Source of the DNA: Octopus sinensis
Lineage: Eukaryota
DNA: 64,000 bases
Direction: 5' to 3'
Assembly (NCBI RefSeq): GCF_006345805.1
Contig: NC_043010.1
Location: forward strand, 12,462,001 to 12,526,000
Shown: one piece after another, positions 1-12,732 of the stretch
How positions within the stretch are numbered: position 1 is the first letter of the stretch
Layout of the letters: each line of letters opens with the position of its first letter
Translations under genes and position numbers: made by a program
Notes under the pieces: model-generated
Told to the model about the DNA's origin: nothing
The model's database searches: none
The model's input: only the letters and a program-made list of their open reading frames with translations

Positions 1-232
1 TCATCATCACTACCATCACCACTATCATCATCATTGAAATCGTCATCATCATCGTCCATCACCCTCATCACCACCACCACCACCACCACCATCACCCTCA
101 TCATCATCATCATCATCACGCTCATCATTGAGGTCGTCATCGTCATCGTCCATCACCCCACCACCACCACCACCACTATCACCACCACCACCACCACTAC
201 CACCATCATCATCATTAACACCATCATCATTA
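1..232. repeat. (CAT)n/(CAC)n compound trinucleotide microsatellite
   Basis: Direct reading; it generates the poly-S/T/I/P/D/G ORFs at 34-409. Confidence 0.97.
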
Positions 233-682
233 AGAATCAGTATTAAAATAAAGGAAATATGCATGAATTCAAGGAAGCAGAAATCCATTCCCTTGATAGC
301 GAGTTTGCCACCCAAAATAGTTTTGATGAAGAACACCCACTTCATTAGAAAGAGAATGAAACAGTATATTCTAAGCATCCTAATTGTATTACAATTTGCT
401 CATTTGTAAGGAAACTTCCAGAAAGTTTATGAATGCCACTAAATTGGAAGTGTAAAAATATCAAGTGCTGTATCATCAGACTTAATAACATCAGCAAAAA
501 TTCACCTGCATCCTCAATGCAGAGTCAAAAAAGTTTCTACAAAAACGACTAATGAAACAGAATAATTTTGCAAACATACTTCAGATATAAGGTATTCCTC
601 TTCGTTATGATATTATTTGGAAAATATTGTTGGGACTTTCAAACAGTTATCAAATATACTAAATATTTTAATTGAAATAGTC

Positions 683-935
683 TCTCTTTTACTCTTTTAC
701 TCTTTTACTTGTTTCAGTCATTTGACTGCGGCCAGCCATGCTAGAGCACCGCCTTTAATCGAGCAACTCCACCCCGGGACTTATTCTTTTGTAAGCCCAG
801 CACTTATTCTATCGGTCTCTTTTGCCGAACCGCTAAGTGACGGGGGACGTAAACACACCAGCATCGGTTGTCGAGCAATGCTAGGGGGACAAACACAGAC
901 ACACAAACACATATATATATATATATATATATATA
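683..935 (-). mobile_element. SINE-A, 3' half only, in tandem with the next copy
   Basis: Matches the SINE-A tail and body up to the internal (CA/TA)n linker, then restarts at 947. Confidence 0.9.
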
Positions 936-946
936 CTTTTTTTTTA

Positions 947-1362
947 TTTACTCTTTTTACTTGTTTCAGTCATTTGACTGCGGCCATGCTGGAGCACCAC
1001 CTTTAGTCGAGCAAATCGACCCCGGACTTATACTTTTGTAAGCCCAGTACTTATTCTATCGGTCTCTTTTGCTGAACCGCTAAGTGACGGGGAACGTAAA
1101 CACACCAGCATCAGTTATCAAGCAATACTAGGGGGACAAACACACACACACAAACACATACACAGACACACACATATATATATATATATACATATATACG
1201 ACAGGCTTCTTTCAGTTTCCGTCTACCAAATCCACTCACAAGGCATTGGTCAGCCCGGGGCTATAGCAGAAGACACTTGCCCAAGGTGCCACGCAGTGGG
1301 ACTGAACCTGGAACCATGTGGTTGGTTAGCAAGCTACTTACCACACAGCCACTCCTGCGCCT
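947..1362 (-). mobile_element. SINE-A, full length (tRNA-derived head, CORE-like segment, internal microsatellite, (AAAAGAGT)n tail)
   Basis: Element strand: AGGCGCAGGAGTGGCTGTGTGGTAAG (A-box-like) ... GGTTC(C/A)GGGTTCAGTCCC (B-box-like) ... CCTTGGGCAAGTGTCTT (resembles the MIR/CORE motif, from memory) ... CAGCATGGCCGCAGTCAAATGACTGAAACAAGTAAAAGAG. More than 25 copies or fragments in the window. Confidence 0.93.
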
Positions 1363-1983
1363 ATTAAAAAAAAATTTTTTTTTTCAACGTGATGGAAAAT
1401 AGAGTTTTACCAACTTAAATTTTAATTTCTTTCTGCTTATTGATTGACCATGAGTCTACAGTGTCCTGCTGTTGTTGTTATTGTTGTTGTTGTTGACGTT
1501 GTTGTTATTATTACTGTTGTTGTGGTATAATTATTTTACATGAATAAATACAATGGTTAATGCCACTAAATTCTTTTACAGTAATTATGGTTGAGGGGTA
1601 GAAACTTACAGAGGAAGACAATAGATCACATTAGACATGAATTTCAAAGGAGTTTTATGTGTATCTATATATAGCAGGGCTTGGCTCATCAGCTCCTGAC
1701 TCACCAGCTCTGGTCAAACTGTCCGGCCCATGGATGTTGATAATTATATATATAACCATATAAGAAAAGGCATAGATAATAGGTTTTACTTATTTATTTG
1801 TGCATTTATTAATGTTTTGTGTGTGTGTAATATATATAGACCAATATAGACCAATAGAATAAATACCAGGTTTAACAAAAATTAAGTATTGGGGTTGATT
1901 CATTCGACTAAAAATTCTCAAGGCAGTGCCCCAACATGGCCACAGTTTAATCACAAAAACAAGTAAAAGGTAAAAGATGTATA

Positions 1984-2260
1984 TACTCTTTTACTTGTTT
2001 CAGTCATTTGACTGTGGCCATGCTGGAGCACTGCCTTTAGTCGAACAAACTGACCCCAGGACTTATTCTCTGTAAGCCTCGTACACACACACAAACATAT
2101 ATAAACGACAGGCTTCTTTCAGTTTCCACCTACCAAATCCAGTCAGAAGGCTTTGGTCGGCCCGAGGCTATAGTCGAAGACACTTGTCCAAGGTGCCACA
2201 TAGTGGGACTGAACCCGGAACCATGTGGTTTGTAAACAAGCTACATACCACACAGCCACT
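1984..2260 (-). mobile_element. SINE-A, internally deleted
   Basis: Head and tail match SINE-A; part of the body is missing. Confidence 0.88.
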
Positions 2261-2478
2261 CACACAAACACATACATACATACCTACATATATATATACA
2301 TATATATATAATCAGCCGAAATTGCGAAGATGATCTGGTTCTTGACTGATGACTGAGGGCTTCGAATGTCCCGTCCTGTGGTTCTTGTGTCGTCTCCTTG
2401 GTGTTTCATATTCTTGTCCATGTCTGTATTTATTTTTTACTGTTTACATATATATATATATATATGTATGTATGTATG

Positions 2479-2529
<51 letters not shown>

Positions 2530-3039
2530 TGTACCCCAATAATTTTGGGCTTCTAACTGGTTTTGGATACGCTAACTGTTCACAGTGGAAGTACCACAAA
2601 TAATTCACTGAGCTGTAGAATGCTTTGTGGATAGAAGCCAATGTATTTCTTTTGTTGCCATTTGCAGAGAGAAATTAGGAGAGTAGCTAGTAGGATGTTG
2701 TCCATTGTTCTATAAAAATATTTGTGTACATACACGCATGTGTATTTATGTGCGTATTCATCATTATTTTTTTTTCCTAATCTGTCTTTGAGAGCTAGAG
2801 ACAATATTGTAATTAGGATTAGCTTTAGAATTTAGGACTAAAAGAAGAAAGATGTTATTTTTTGAAGTTTATTTAAAGCTTACCAGCATGAGTTTCCACC
2901 ATGCAGTTAATCCTTAGATAAACTTATAACAAAAAAAAAAGAAAGAAAAAAAAAATCTATAATTCTAATGCTAATACTTATTACAGTATTCCCTCTACCT
3001 CGCAAAAATAGAAAAATGAATGAAATAAAACTAGCATAA

Positions 3040-3162
3040 GCATATACTCATGCATATACACATTGTACACATGCATACACACACACATATGTATACATGC
3101 ATACATACATACATATATATGTATATATATATATACATATATATGTATATATATATGTATAT

Positions 3163-3194
<32 letters not shown>

Positions 3195-3476
3195 GTATAT
3201 ATATATGTATATATATATGTATATGTATATATATATGTATATATATATATGTATATGTATATATGTATATATATATATGTATATATATATATATGTGTAT
3301 ATATATATATATATGTATTATATATATATGTATATATATATATGTATATATATGTATATATATATGTATATATATGTATATATATATATATATATATATG
3401 TGTATATATATATGTGTATATATATATGTGTATATATATATATGTGTGTATATATATATGTGTAATATATATATAT

Positions 3477-3558
<82 letters not shown>

Positions 3559-3560
3559 AT
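3040..3560. repeat. (TA)n/(TATG)n/(TG)n compound microsatellite
   Basis: Direct reading. Confidence 0.97.
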
Positions 3561-4124
3561 GCATGCAACTACTCTACAGAACAATGAAATGCATGCTACC
3601 TGCAGCAGAGATGAAACTGAGCTGGAATAATAAAGATCGCCCACAATTCGATTTTATGCATGTATATATATATGTGTGCATGTTGCATGCGTGTGTGTGT
3701 GTGTGTGCATGTGAGCGTGTGTGTGTGATGCATATACATAAAACATGCATAATTTATAATATGGAAATACATATGTGTATATATCTATCTATCAATTTAT
3801 ATCATATATATATATATATAATATATATATACACATATATATATATGTGCACACAGAGAAAGAAAGAGAGAGTAGTATATGTGTATATGCAAAATATATG
3901 GCTGCAGCTCTCAAGCTGAAACCAGAAGGAAAAGTATATACTATATATACATTTTAGAAAAAGATAGTTATGGCCAGTCTATGAGGTCACCCAGGGTTTC
4001 ACAGCCCTAAAGCACTTAGCTTCACAGCATCCCCTCAGACCCTAATGGCCAGTAGCCTATAACCTTCCTTCAAAGTGGAGGAAGAAAAGACCTTGTGGCT
4101 AGTTGTTGAATACATATATATACA

Positions 4125-4280
4125 CTTTTACTCTTTTACTTGTTTCAGTCGGCCATGCTGGAGCACCGCTTCTAGTCGAGCAAATCGACCCCAGGACTTA
4201 TTCTTTGTAAGCCTAGTACTTATTCTATCAGTCTTTTTTGCCAAACCGCTATGTTACGGGGACGTAAACACACCAGCATC
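4125..4280 (-). mobile_element. SINE-A 3' fragment
   Basis: Matches the SINE-A tail and body. Confidence 0.85.
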
Positions 4281-4680
4281 TGTTTTCATAGTTTACTTTG
4301 TACCTTCTCACACTGTTCTGGCTTTCCACAACTATATTCTTTAAACTGTACCTCAAGGTTTCACAAAAAGCATATACATACATATATACATACTTATATA
4401 TATATATATAAGTATGTATGTATGAGATAGTTTTTTCCATCCTTGTTTTTGTATTCATTTGCTTCCTTATTTCCAAGGAATCTAATGCTCTCAGCATAGC
4501 TTTTCCTGGCCAGATTGCAACAATGTCAAGAATAATCAGCTGAAATTGCAAGGATAATCTGGTTCTTGACTGAAGATAGAAAACTTCAAATGACCCATCC
4601 TTGTCTCTGGATGTTTTGTTGTCCCTTTTTGAATCACCTAGTTGTCCGGATGTTTTGCGTTCTTATCCAATTTTGTACTT

Positions 4681-4681
4681 C

Positions 4682-4713
<32 letters not shown>

Positions 4714-4714
4714 C

Positions 4715-4801
<87 letters not shown>
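4681..4801. repeat. (TA)n microsatellite
   Basis: Direct reading. Confidence 0.97.
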
Positions 4802-4802
<1 letters not shown>

Positions 4803-5309
4803 CCACAAGTTTTTTTTTTATTCTCTCTCTGTTTATTTCCTCATGTTCCTCTGGATGATAAAATAGCTGGTAAAAAAACAAAACATGAAGAGAGGGAATT
4901 TTCAAGATTTAGAGTGTAAGTAAACAGAATTGAACAATTGGATTCTTAACTTTGCTATAACATACTGCTAAATGAATAGCAATAAAAATTATAATGAGTG
5001 CTATACTTGAAACAGAACTGAACGTTTGCATTCTTAACTTAACTATATACATATATATACATATATATATACATTAAAAAAACCTTTCTTTCCTTCCCTA
5101 AGTGTCTGCTAATACTTTGCATGTACCATGTCCTCGGGTTGTTTTTTTCTTGTGTGTGTTCTTCATTTTTTTGGATTTGCTATTTACTGCATGCTCACAT
5201 GAACCTGCAGCCTTCCGACTGACCTTGGAGGACCTAATTCACGGAATTCTTTTTACCATCAGATTACATTACTTTGTTCATTCGGAATACGCCATTTGCA
5301 CCTTGCTTA

Positions 5310-5327
5310 TACATACATATACATACA

Positions 5328-5379
<52 letters not shown>

Positions 5380-5540
5380 CATACATATATATATATACAT
5401 ACATACATATATACATACATATATATATATATACATACATACATATATATACATACATACATATATATACATACATACATATATATATATATTTATGTAT
5501 ATTTATATGTATAGATATAGATATAATACATATATGTGTT

Positions 5541-5572
<32 letters not shown>

Positions 5573-5582
5573 CACACACATA
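5310..5582. repeat. (TACA)n/(TA)n compound microsatellite
   Basis: Direct reading. Confidence 0.95.
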
Positions 5583-5994
5583 CACTTTTTCGCCTCCACC
5601 AGAGAGTCAATATTAGATATTAACTTTATATAGATATCAATATATATTAAATATTAACTTTACCTAAAGCATACATATAATATAAAACTAATGAGTTATC
5701 TAAAAGATTGTGCAGGTGTTGATATTCGTGTTTATCAATAGTGTTTTTAATAGGATAGTGGATTGACCAGGCTATTAAAGTATTTGACAAAATACTTAAT
5801 GCTTTTGAGTTATTGTCTTTTATATTCTGAATTCAAAACCAATATCTGTCAAGATTACCCATTTAGCCTTCTGGATTTGTTGAAATTAATATCAGTCAAA
5901 TACTGGCATTGATTTAATGTATTGTTTCCTTCCCCAGAATTTGTGGCACTGTAGTTATCTTATAAATTATTATCATTATTAATATTTTAACTAG

Positions 5995-6220
5995 GGCAAA
6001 GGCACTGAGTCAGCAGAATCATTAGAATGCTGGGGAAAATTCTTAGCGGGATTTCGTCCGTCGTTTTGTTCTGAGTTCAAAGTCCACTGGGGTCAACTTT
6101 GCCTGTCTTCCTTTCATGGTCGATAAAAGAAAGTACCAGTTGAACTCTGGTGTTGATGTAGTCGACTTATTTCCTCCTCAAAACCTCCTACACTTCTGCC
6201 AAATTTTGAAACCAATATTA
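5995..6220 (+). mobile_element. SINE-B, older variant with alternative tail
   Basis: Degenerate match to the SINE-B head and central domain (TTCTGAGTTCAAA...AAGTACCAGTTGA). Confidence 0.7.
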
Positions 6221-6359
6221 AAAGTAGGGCAAAGGCAAGCTCAGTGACAGATTTGGTAAAGTACTCGACCAAAGAAGTTCTTATAGTCAGTTACAAGGTT
6301 TAGCAGTTTAAATTAAAATCTTCTTGAGGTGAGCTTTTTCTTTTCATTTTCATGCAGAT

Positions 6360-6520
6360 AGCATGTAAAAAGCACCCACTACACTCTCGGAGTGGTTGGC
6401 GTTAAGAAGGGCATCAAGCTCTGCCAGATCAAGATTGGAGCCTGGTGCAACCATCTGGTTCGCCAGCCCCCAGTCAAAATTGTCCAACCCATGCTAGCAT
6501 GGAAAATGGACGTTAAATGA
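6360..6520 (+). mobile_element. Element C (RTE-like non-autonomous), 3' part
   Basis: GGAGTGGTTGGCGTTAAGAAGGGCATC ... CCAACCCATGCTAGCATGGAAAATGGACGTTAAATGA. Confidence 0.85.
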
Positions 6521-7479
6521 ACGTCATACATACATACATACATACAGACAGACACACACACACACACCATACATACATACATACATACATAAATATATAC
6601 ATACATACATTCATACATTTTATTTCATTTTTGGATTTGGTTTGCAAGATTTCTTATGTGAGTTTGTGTTATGTCTGGGGAGACCTCAGTAGAATTTGAA
6701 CTCTGATAGTCATGAAAATATTAACTCAACAAATCAATTTCCAATTTTTTCACCTCTTAAGAAAGAAGTCAAAAGATACAAAAAAACAAACAAGGGCTTC
6801 TGTCAGAATTACTCATAGAAATTCTCGCTTCATTTGCATATTCTCTCTATCTGTGGCTCTAAGCAGTTGCAGTGCATTTAGAATAATGAGATTCATTCAG
6901 CATTTGCTATGTTACAGGTTCAATTCTATATGATTTCCTGATAGGTTTGCTGATAATAGCAACCCATACATAAAGACTATTTTGTCTAGAGGTACTTCAA
7001 ATGGGTTTCATTTTTATAAGGTGTTTCTCAACTTTTCAGTAATGAGATATTTACATTGGAATACACAGTTATGTATGCATGATATATATTCATAAACACT
7101 CGTTTATATACACAAAACCCCACACTCACATATTGATATATATATATATATATATATATAAAGCAAACACACTGATATATTAAAAAATACCCATGAATTA
7201 CAATCTGTGTTAAATGCTAATGTCTGTGCATATGTATGTTTGTGCATGTGTGCATGTGTGTGTGTGTGTGTGTGTGTGCATGTGTGTATGTGTGTGTAAG
7301 CATGCGTAATTGCTTTCCTCGGAGCAGAGTTTTGAATCTGTCACTACTCTTTTCTGGGACGAATAGAAATAGGAAATTCGGAGTAACAACAGAGTAAAAC
7401 TCGAGTTATGAATAAATGAATGAACTCCATTAGATGTAATGGCTCATTTCTTGTTCATTTACTAACCCAAATATCTATA

Positions 7480-7538
7480 TATATATATATGTATGTATAT
7501 ATGTACGTATGTATGTATGCATATAAATATGTATGTAA

Positions 7539-7601
<63 letters not shown>

Positions 7602-7687
7602 TATATACATACACATACAGCACACACACAGATATATATATATATATACATACATATACAGATATATATATAGATACATACAATTAC

Positions 7688-7724
<37 letters not shown>

Positions 7725-8100
7725 TATATGTGCATATATATACACACACATATATACACAGACATACATATACATATATATGTTTATTGAAGTTGTAGAT
7801 ATATGTGTGCTATCCATCTATGAATGCATACATATACACATACTCTCTCTCTCTTTCTCTCTCTCTCACCCATACACACACACACACACACACATGCATG
7901 CACACACACATGCATGCACTCATACACATTCAGATATATTTATATTTATATATTTATATAATGTACATGCTATTATGATCATGACTGTGTGTGTGTGTGT
8001 GTGTGTGCATATGAGCATGCATACCTATGCATGTGTATGTATGTGTGCACGAGAAAGAGGAAGAGAAAGAAAGAGAGAGAGAGAAAGAGATCTTGTACAT
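7480..8100. repeat. Compound (TA)/(CA)/(CT)/(TG)/(GA) microsatellite tract
   Basis: Direct reading. Confidence 0.92.
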
Positions 8101-8185
8101 ACACAAATATACAATTTCCATAGCCACAAACATAATCAGGTATATTAAAATGGAAAAATATTGTAGAAAAAGAATAAAAAGAAGA

Positions 8186-8248
<63 letters not shown>

Positions 8249-8775
8249 AAATAAATGTCCATGGAATAGAAATAATTAAATATAAAAAAGTAGCATCATT
8301 ATAGAACTACCATTATCTGGCATAATAACAAACACATGGGAATGTTTTTGGTGTAATATCAAATAAATGAGAAATTCAGAACTAAAAATATTTTACCAAT
8401 GAAACCTTCAACACAATGTTGGAAAGAGTATATAGATTGAAAGATTTCAAAATAGACCGTGTTAAAAAAAAAGAGCATACATCATACATTATACGTATGT
8501 GAATTTCCAACAACAAACACACACAGAGATATTTAATGTTGTTGTGCTACAGAAATATGTATATATGTTAAATGACGAATGTACAAAAAAATATTATTAC
8601 ACATGAATGTATGCATGTGTGTGTGTATGTGTGTATATATATATGTCCGTGAGTATGTATGTGTGAGTATATATATATATATATATATATTCATTTATTT
8701 ATTTATTAATATATGCATACATACATATATATATATATGTAATATTATAGTATGTGTATATTTACATATATACAA

Positions 8776-8810
<35 letters not shown>

Positions 8811-9125
8811 GAAGATAGATAGTTAGGTATATACATACTTATGTCTACATGCAGGCATAATTATAATGATATTATGATTATAATATATACATATGCATTC
8901 ATCCTCATATGAATGCATATGAATTTATGTATGGATGTATGTATGCTTCTGTGTGTGTGGGTGTATGTGCATGTGTGTGCAATTATACATATATCTATGT
9001 GTGTGTGTGTATATGTATACATATATATATGTGTATGCATGTATGTATATATGCATGTATGTATGTTGGTATGTATTATGTATGTGTACTTCTATATGTA
9101 CATCTACATATATTTATATATACAT

Positions 9126-9167
<42 letters not shown>

Positions 9168-9386
9168 ATGCATATATAGACACCTAGAGGGAAAGAATAT
9201 GTGTGTAAGCATGTACACATGTCACCATATGTGTATAGGTATAGTCTAGTTTTCTAATGAATTATATCATTTCCTGGATTAGGTAAAGTAGTTTTACTCA
9301 CCTAACAGCAACGTTTGGAAACATTGTTAAGCCAATGAATTTTTTAAAGAACAGAATTGTCTTCCTTTTGTCTTCCTTTGTCTTAC

Positions 9387-9494
9387 ATTAATATTTGTCA
9401 ATGAAAAATAGGATTCTGTGTGAAACTTTGTCATTCTTCTTTCCAATGTCATGTCGCATGTGGTCCATTGTTTTACCGAGTATTTCTGCTTATG
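9387..9494 (-). CDS. Candidate internal exon, 108 nt, phase 0-0, HKQKYSVKQWTTCDMTLERRMTKFHTESYFSLTNIN
   Basis: Minus strand ...CTTGTACACAG|exon|GTAAGA; open only in frame 0; product not recognised. Confidence 0.22.
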
Positions 9495-9553
9495 CTGTGT
9501 ACAAGCACACATACATTCATACATATACACATATATACATATTATATATACAT

Positions 9554-10219
9554 AATTCAAAATAAGCAGCAAGGATATCCAGAGGTAATGCAGTATGATC
9601 GTTTCATGCAACACCATTTAATTGAACAATGCAATCATTACAACAATTTAAAATGCAGAGCAATCTTCAGCTGCACAAAGACATAAAATTTAATTAAATT
9701 AGAACAGATGGACACATCAGTATAATTATACGTAAAATCTTCAAGAAGTTAAAGAGATAGATAAAGAACATGCTATTCTTACATTCTTACTCCAGCATAG
9801 AAGTTACTAAGCTTTTCAAGAAGATATACATTGTCACAGACTCTGCCTGTCACTCAGCCTAATATATACAAGGGTTTTGATAAACTAGTCTATAAATTAA
9901 AACTGACCTCATAGAAACAAAAAATCAGTGACAGTCAGAGTCTGTAACAATGTATATCTTCTTGAAAAGCTTAGTATCTTCTTTGCTGAAGTAAGAACAA
10001 CATGTTCTTTGTCTATCTCCTTAACTTCTTGGAGATTTTAGGTATAATTATACTAATGTGTCCATCTGTTCTAATTTAATTAAATTCTATGTCTTTGTGC
10101 AGCTGAAGATTGCTCTGCATTTTAAATTGATGCAATGATTGCATTATTCAATTAAATGGAGTTGCATGAAACGATCGTACTGCATTACCTTTGGATATCC
10201 TTGCTGCTTATTTTGAATT
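9554..10219. repeat. Long inverted repeat (foldback): arms 9554-9854 and 9927-10219, 72-bp spacer
   Basis: The reverse complement of the right arm aligns to the left arm end to end, with about 19 substitutions and one 8-bp indel counted by eye. Confidence 0.96.
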
Positions 10220-10232
10220 TTAATCACCTTAC

Positions 10233-10295
10233 TTTGAAATTGTATGGATAATACCGTACTAAATTCTGGTGCCTCAACTTAGGTACCATGTTCAT
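10233..10295 (-). CDS. Candidate internal exon, 63 nt, phase 0-0, MNMVPKLRHQNLVRYYPYNFK
   Basis: Minus strand ...TGATTCAG|exon|GTAAGG; open only in frame 0; KLRHQNLVRY loosely resembles a kinase HxNxVRY segment; weak polypyrimidine tract. Confidence 0.28.
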
Positions 10296-10316
10296 CTGAA
10301 TCATATATATATGATT

Positions 10317-10714
10317 CAGGAGTGGCTGTGTGGTAAGCAGCTTGCTAACAAACCACATGGTTCTGGGTTCAGTCCCACTGCGTGCAATCTTGGGCAAGTG
10401 TCTCCTGCTATAGCCCCGGGCCGACCAATGCCTTGTGAGTGGATTTGGTAGACGGAAACTGAAAGAAGCTGTCGTATATATGTATATATATATATATATG
10501 TGTGGTTGTGTGTCTGTGTCTGTCCCCTAGCATTGCTTGACAACCGATGCTGTGTGGTGTTTACGTCCCCGTCACTTAGCAGTCTGCAAAAGAGACCGAT
10601 AGAATAAGTACTGGGCTTACAAAGAATAAGTCCCGGGGACGATTTGCTCGACTAAAGGCGGTACTCCAGCATGGCTGCAGTCAAATGACTGAAACAAGTA
10701 AAAGAGTAAAAGAG
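10317..10714 (+). mobile_element. SINE-A, full length
   Basis: Same consensus as 947-1362. Confidence 0.93.
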
Positions 10715-11010
10715 TATACATAGATAGATATGTATATGCATACATTATAAATTCTCCCATCACTAAACACTGGATGAGGGCTCTACAATTGCTTGCTGAA
10801 CAACCACACAGATGATTTTGTTTTTTATAGTGATCAAATATCTGTGCTCACATATGCTCACTCCCTCGATTAGGTTGGCATTGCTTGTACAGGTGCACAA
10901 GAATGCCATGTGAGGATGTTGAAATAATCGCAAAGCAGCTTACAATGAAGTGTTTTTTTGCTGAAGAACACAAATCACTACTTGGTCAGAGAATTGAAAC
11001 CGGGATCCGG

Positions 11011-11339
11011 GACCCCCTTCGGTCACGACACTGACCATGGGATTGCACCTAGAAAGTTACCCTCCCAGGCACAAGTCTGGGCAAGGTTGTTTATGGAAGA
11101 CCAGCAGTCGCCCATGCATACCGGCCTCCCCTCCCCACGCCACCAGTGTTATCCAAGGGAAAGGCAAAGGCCGATACAGCTTGGCACTCGTGACGTCGCA
11201 TTTCTACAGCTGAGTGAACTGGAGCAACGTGAAACAAAGTGTCTTGCTCAAGAACACAACACGCAGCCCAGTCCGGGATTCAAGCTCACAACCTCACGAT
11301 CGTAAGCTCGACGCTCTAACCACTGAGCCATGCGCCTTC
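11011..11339 (-). mobile_element. SINE-E (tRNA head plus TTGTGTTCTTGAGCAAGACACTT segment, distinct tail)
   Basis: Element strand: GAAGGCGCATGGCTCAGTGGTTAGAGCG (A box) ... GAGCTTGAATCCC (B-box-like). Confidence 0.85.
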
Positions 11340-11474
11340 TGAAACCACAATCTTGCAATCATGGGTATTACACCCTAAACACTAATACATACAAACATGC
11401 ATGCACACATATTTATATGTGTGTATTAATGTTTATGTGTGCATGTCTATATGTGTACATATATATGTGTATAT

Positions 11475-11698
11475 AAGGCGGCAAGCTGGCAGGATCGTTA
11501 GCAAAATGCATAGCCGTATTTCGTCTACCTTTACGTTCTGAGTTCAAATTCCGCCGAGGTCGACTTTGCCTTTCATCCTTTCGGGGTCGATAAGTTAAGT
11601 ACCAGTTATGTACTTGGGTCGATGTAATCAACTTAATACCTTTGTTCTGTCCTTGTTTGTCCCCTCTATGTTTAGCCCCTTGTGGGTAATAAAGAAGT
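11475..11698 (+). mobile_element. SINE-B, full length
   Basis: AAGGCGGCAAGCTGGCAG...TTCTGAGTTCAAATTCC (B box)...GTCGACTTTGCCTTTCATCCTTTCGGGGTCGATAA...AAGTACCAG (central domain, Meta-domain-like from memory, unverified)...TTGTCCCCTCTATGTTTAGCCCCTTGTGGGTAATAAAGAA. About 18 copies in the window. Confidence 0.92.
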
Positions 11699-11789
11699 AT
11701 ATATGTGTATATATATATGTGTGTGTATATATATATATGTGTGTATATATATATATATATATTATATATATGTTGTGTGTGTGTGTATA

Positions 11790-11930
11790 ATCATCATCAT
11801 CATCATCATCATTTAGCGTCCGCTTTCCATGCTAGCATGGGTTGGACGGGTCAACTGGGGTCTGTGAAGCTGGAAGGCTTCGTCAGGCCCAGTCAGATCT
11901 GGCAGTGTTTATTCGGCGTGATGCCCTTCC
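11790..11930 (-). mobile_element. Element C, 3' fragment with (GAT)n tail
   Basis: Matches the element C 3' end. Confidence 0.82.
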
Positions 11931-12512
11931 TAATATATACATATATATACTAGCAAACACAACTATCTTTTGGACGGTTTAAGTTGCTTTGGTGGTATTT
12001 TTTTCACCAAATAATAATTGAATTCCAGAGAAGGTTTATGAGTAGCACACCAATCTATGTTTCTGATTAACCTAAGAATGGAGAATCAAATTGAAGGCTG
12101 GTTATTGTGGAGGTCATTGCACTTTAATGATCATAGAACATATAAGTTTGCAAGAGATGCAAAGTAGAGCGACTGAAGTGTTTTGGGTGTAGGTTACGGC
12201 TAACGACTACAAGATATAGTTGTTTTACATGAATGCGAAATTTCTTGTCAGAAACAACCACATAAAGACGTTGAAACTTCCCTTTTACATGTTTATTTTA
12301 TTCAACAGCAAAGGAGCTATTTTTCTGTGAGATAAACTAACAAAAGGCTCTTTATTCTGTCTTCCCACATAGCCTGCACATAAACTAACAGCAAATGCGG
12401 CATAAAGTTAAATTGGTATGGAGCTTTCTGAAAGATATGTATAGATTTTGCTAGTGGAAGCAAAACTCTTATTTAAAGGTTGATTCTTTGGGATGAATCA
12501 GATGTGATTAAC

Positions 12513-12732
12513 CCTTTCGATACCAACCCGGCCAAAACCGGCTCTGGCTCTGTAGTACAAATCTCTTGTTTTCATAAGTTTTGAATAAAAATCTTCCACC
12601 AAACCTTAGTCACAATTTATGTTCCTAACACTAGCTTAATGATAACTAAGTTATTTTAGTAAATTCTTTGTTATGTTTAAAATAATTGAAAGAAACACAG
12701 AACATCTCAAAATAAATACAGTAACGAAAGGG
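12513..12732 (+). mobile_element. piggyBac-type MITE (family G)
   Basis: TTAA-CCCTTTCG(A)TAC ... GTAACGAAAGGG-TAA terminal inverted repeats; second copy at 42064-42284 and a partial copy at 27965-28130. Confidence 0.8.

Noticed and set aside
259-348. Short ORF MHEFKEAEIHSLDSEFATQNSFDEEHPLH
   Set aside because: 29 aa, upstream in-frame stop, no acceptor or homology evidence.
2981-3919. Long ORFs rich in YI/HT/CV (also 7420-8148, 35704-36344, 37737-38416, 45387-47110, 51450-52833, 61597-62113)
   Set aside because: Translations of stop-free di- and tetranucleotide microsatellites.
5190-5305. Exon in the GC-richer island
   Set aside because: Stops in all three minus frames, no convincing acceptor, no recognisable peptide on the plus strand.
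9302-9485. Alternative longer exon ending at the strong AG|GTGAGT donor (9296-9301)
   Set aside because: The best frame (EILGKTMDHMRHD...FIDKY*CKTK...FPNVAV) has an internal TAA; usable only if a sequencing error or pseudo-exon. Worth rechecking against reads.
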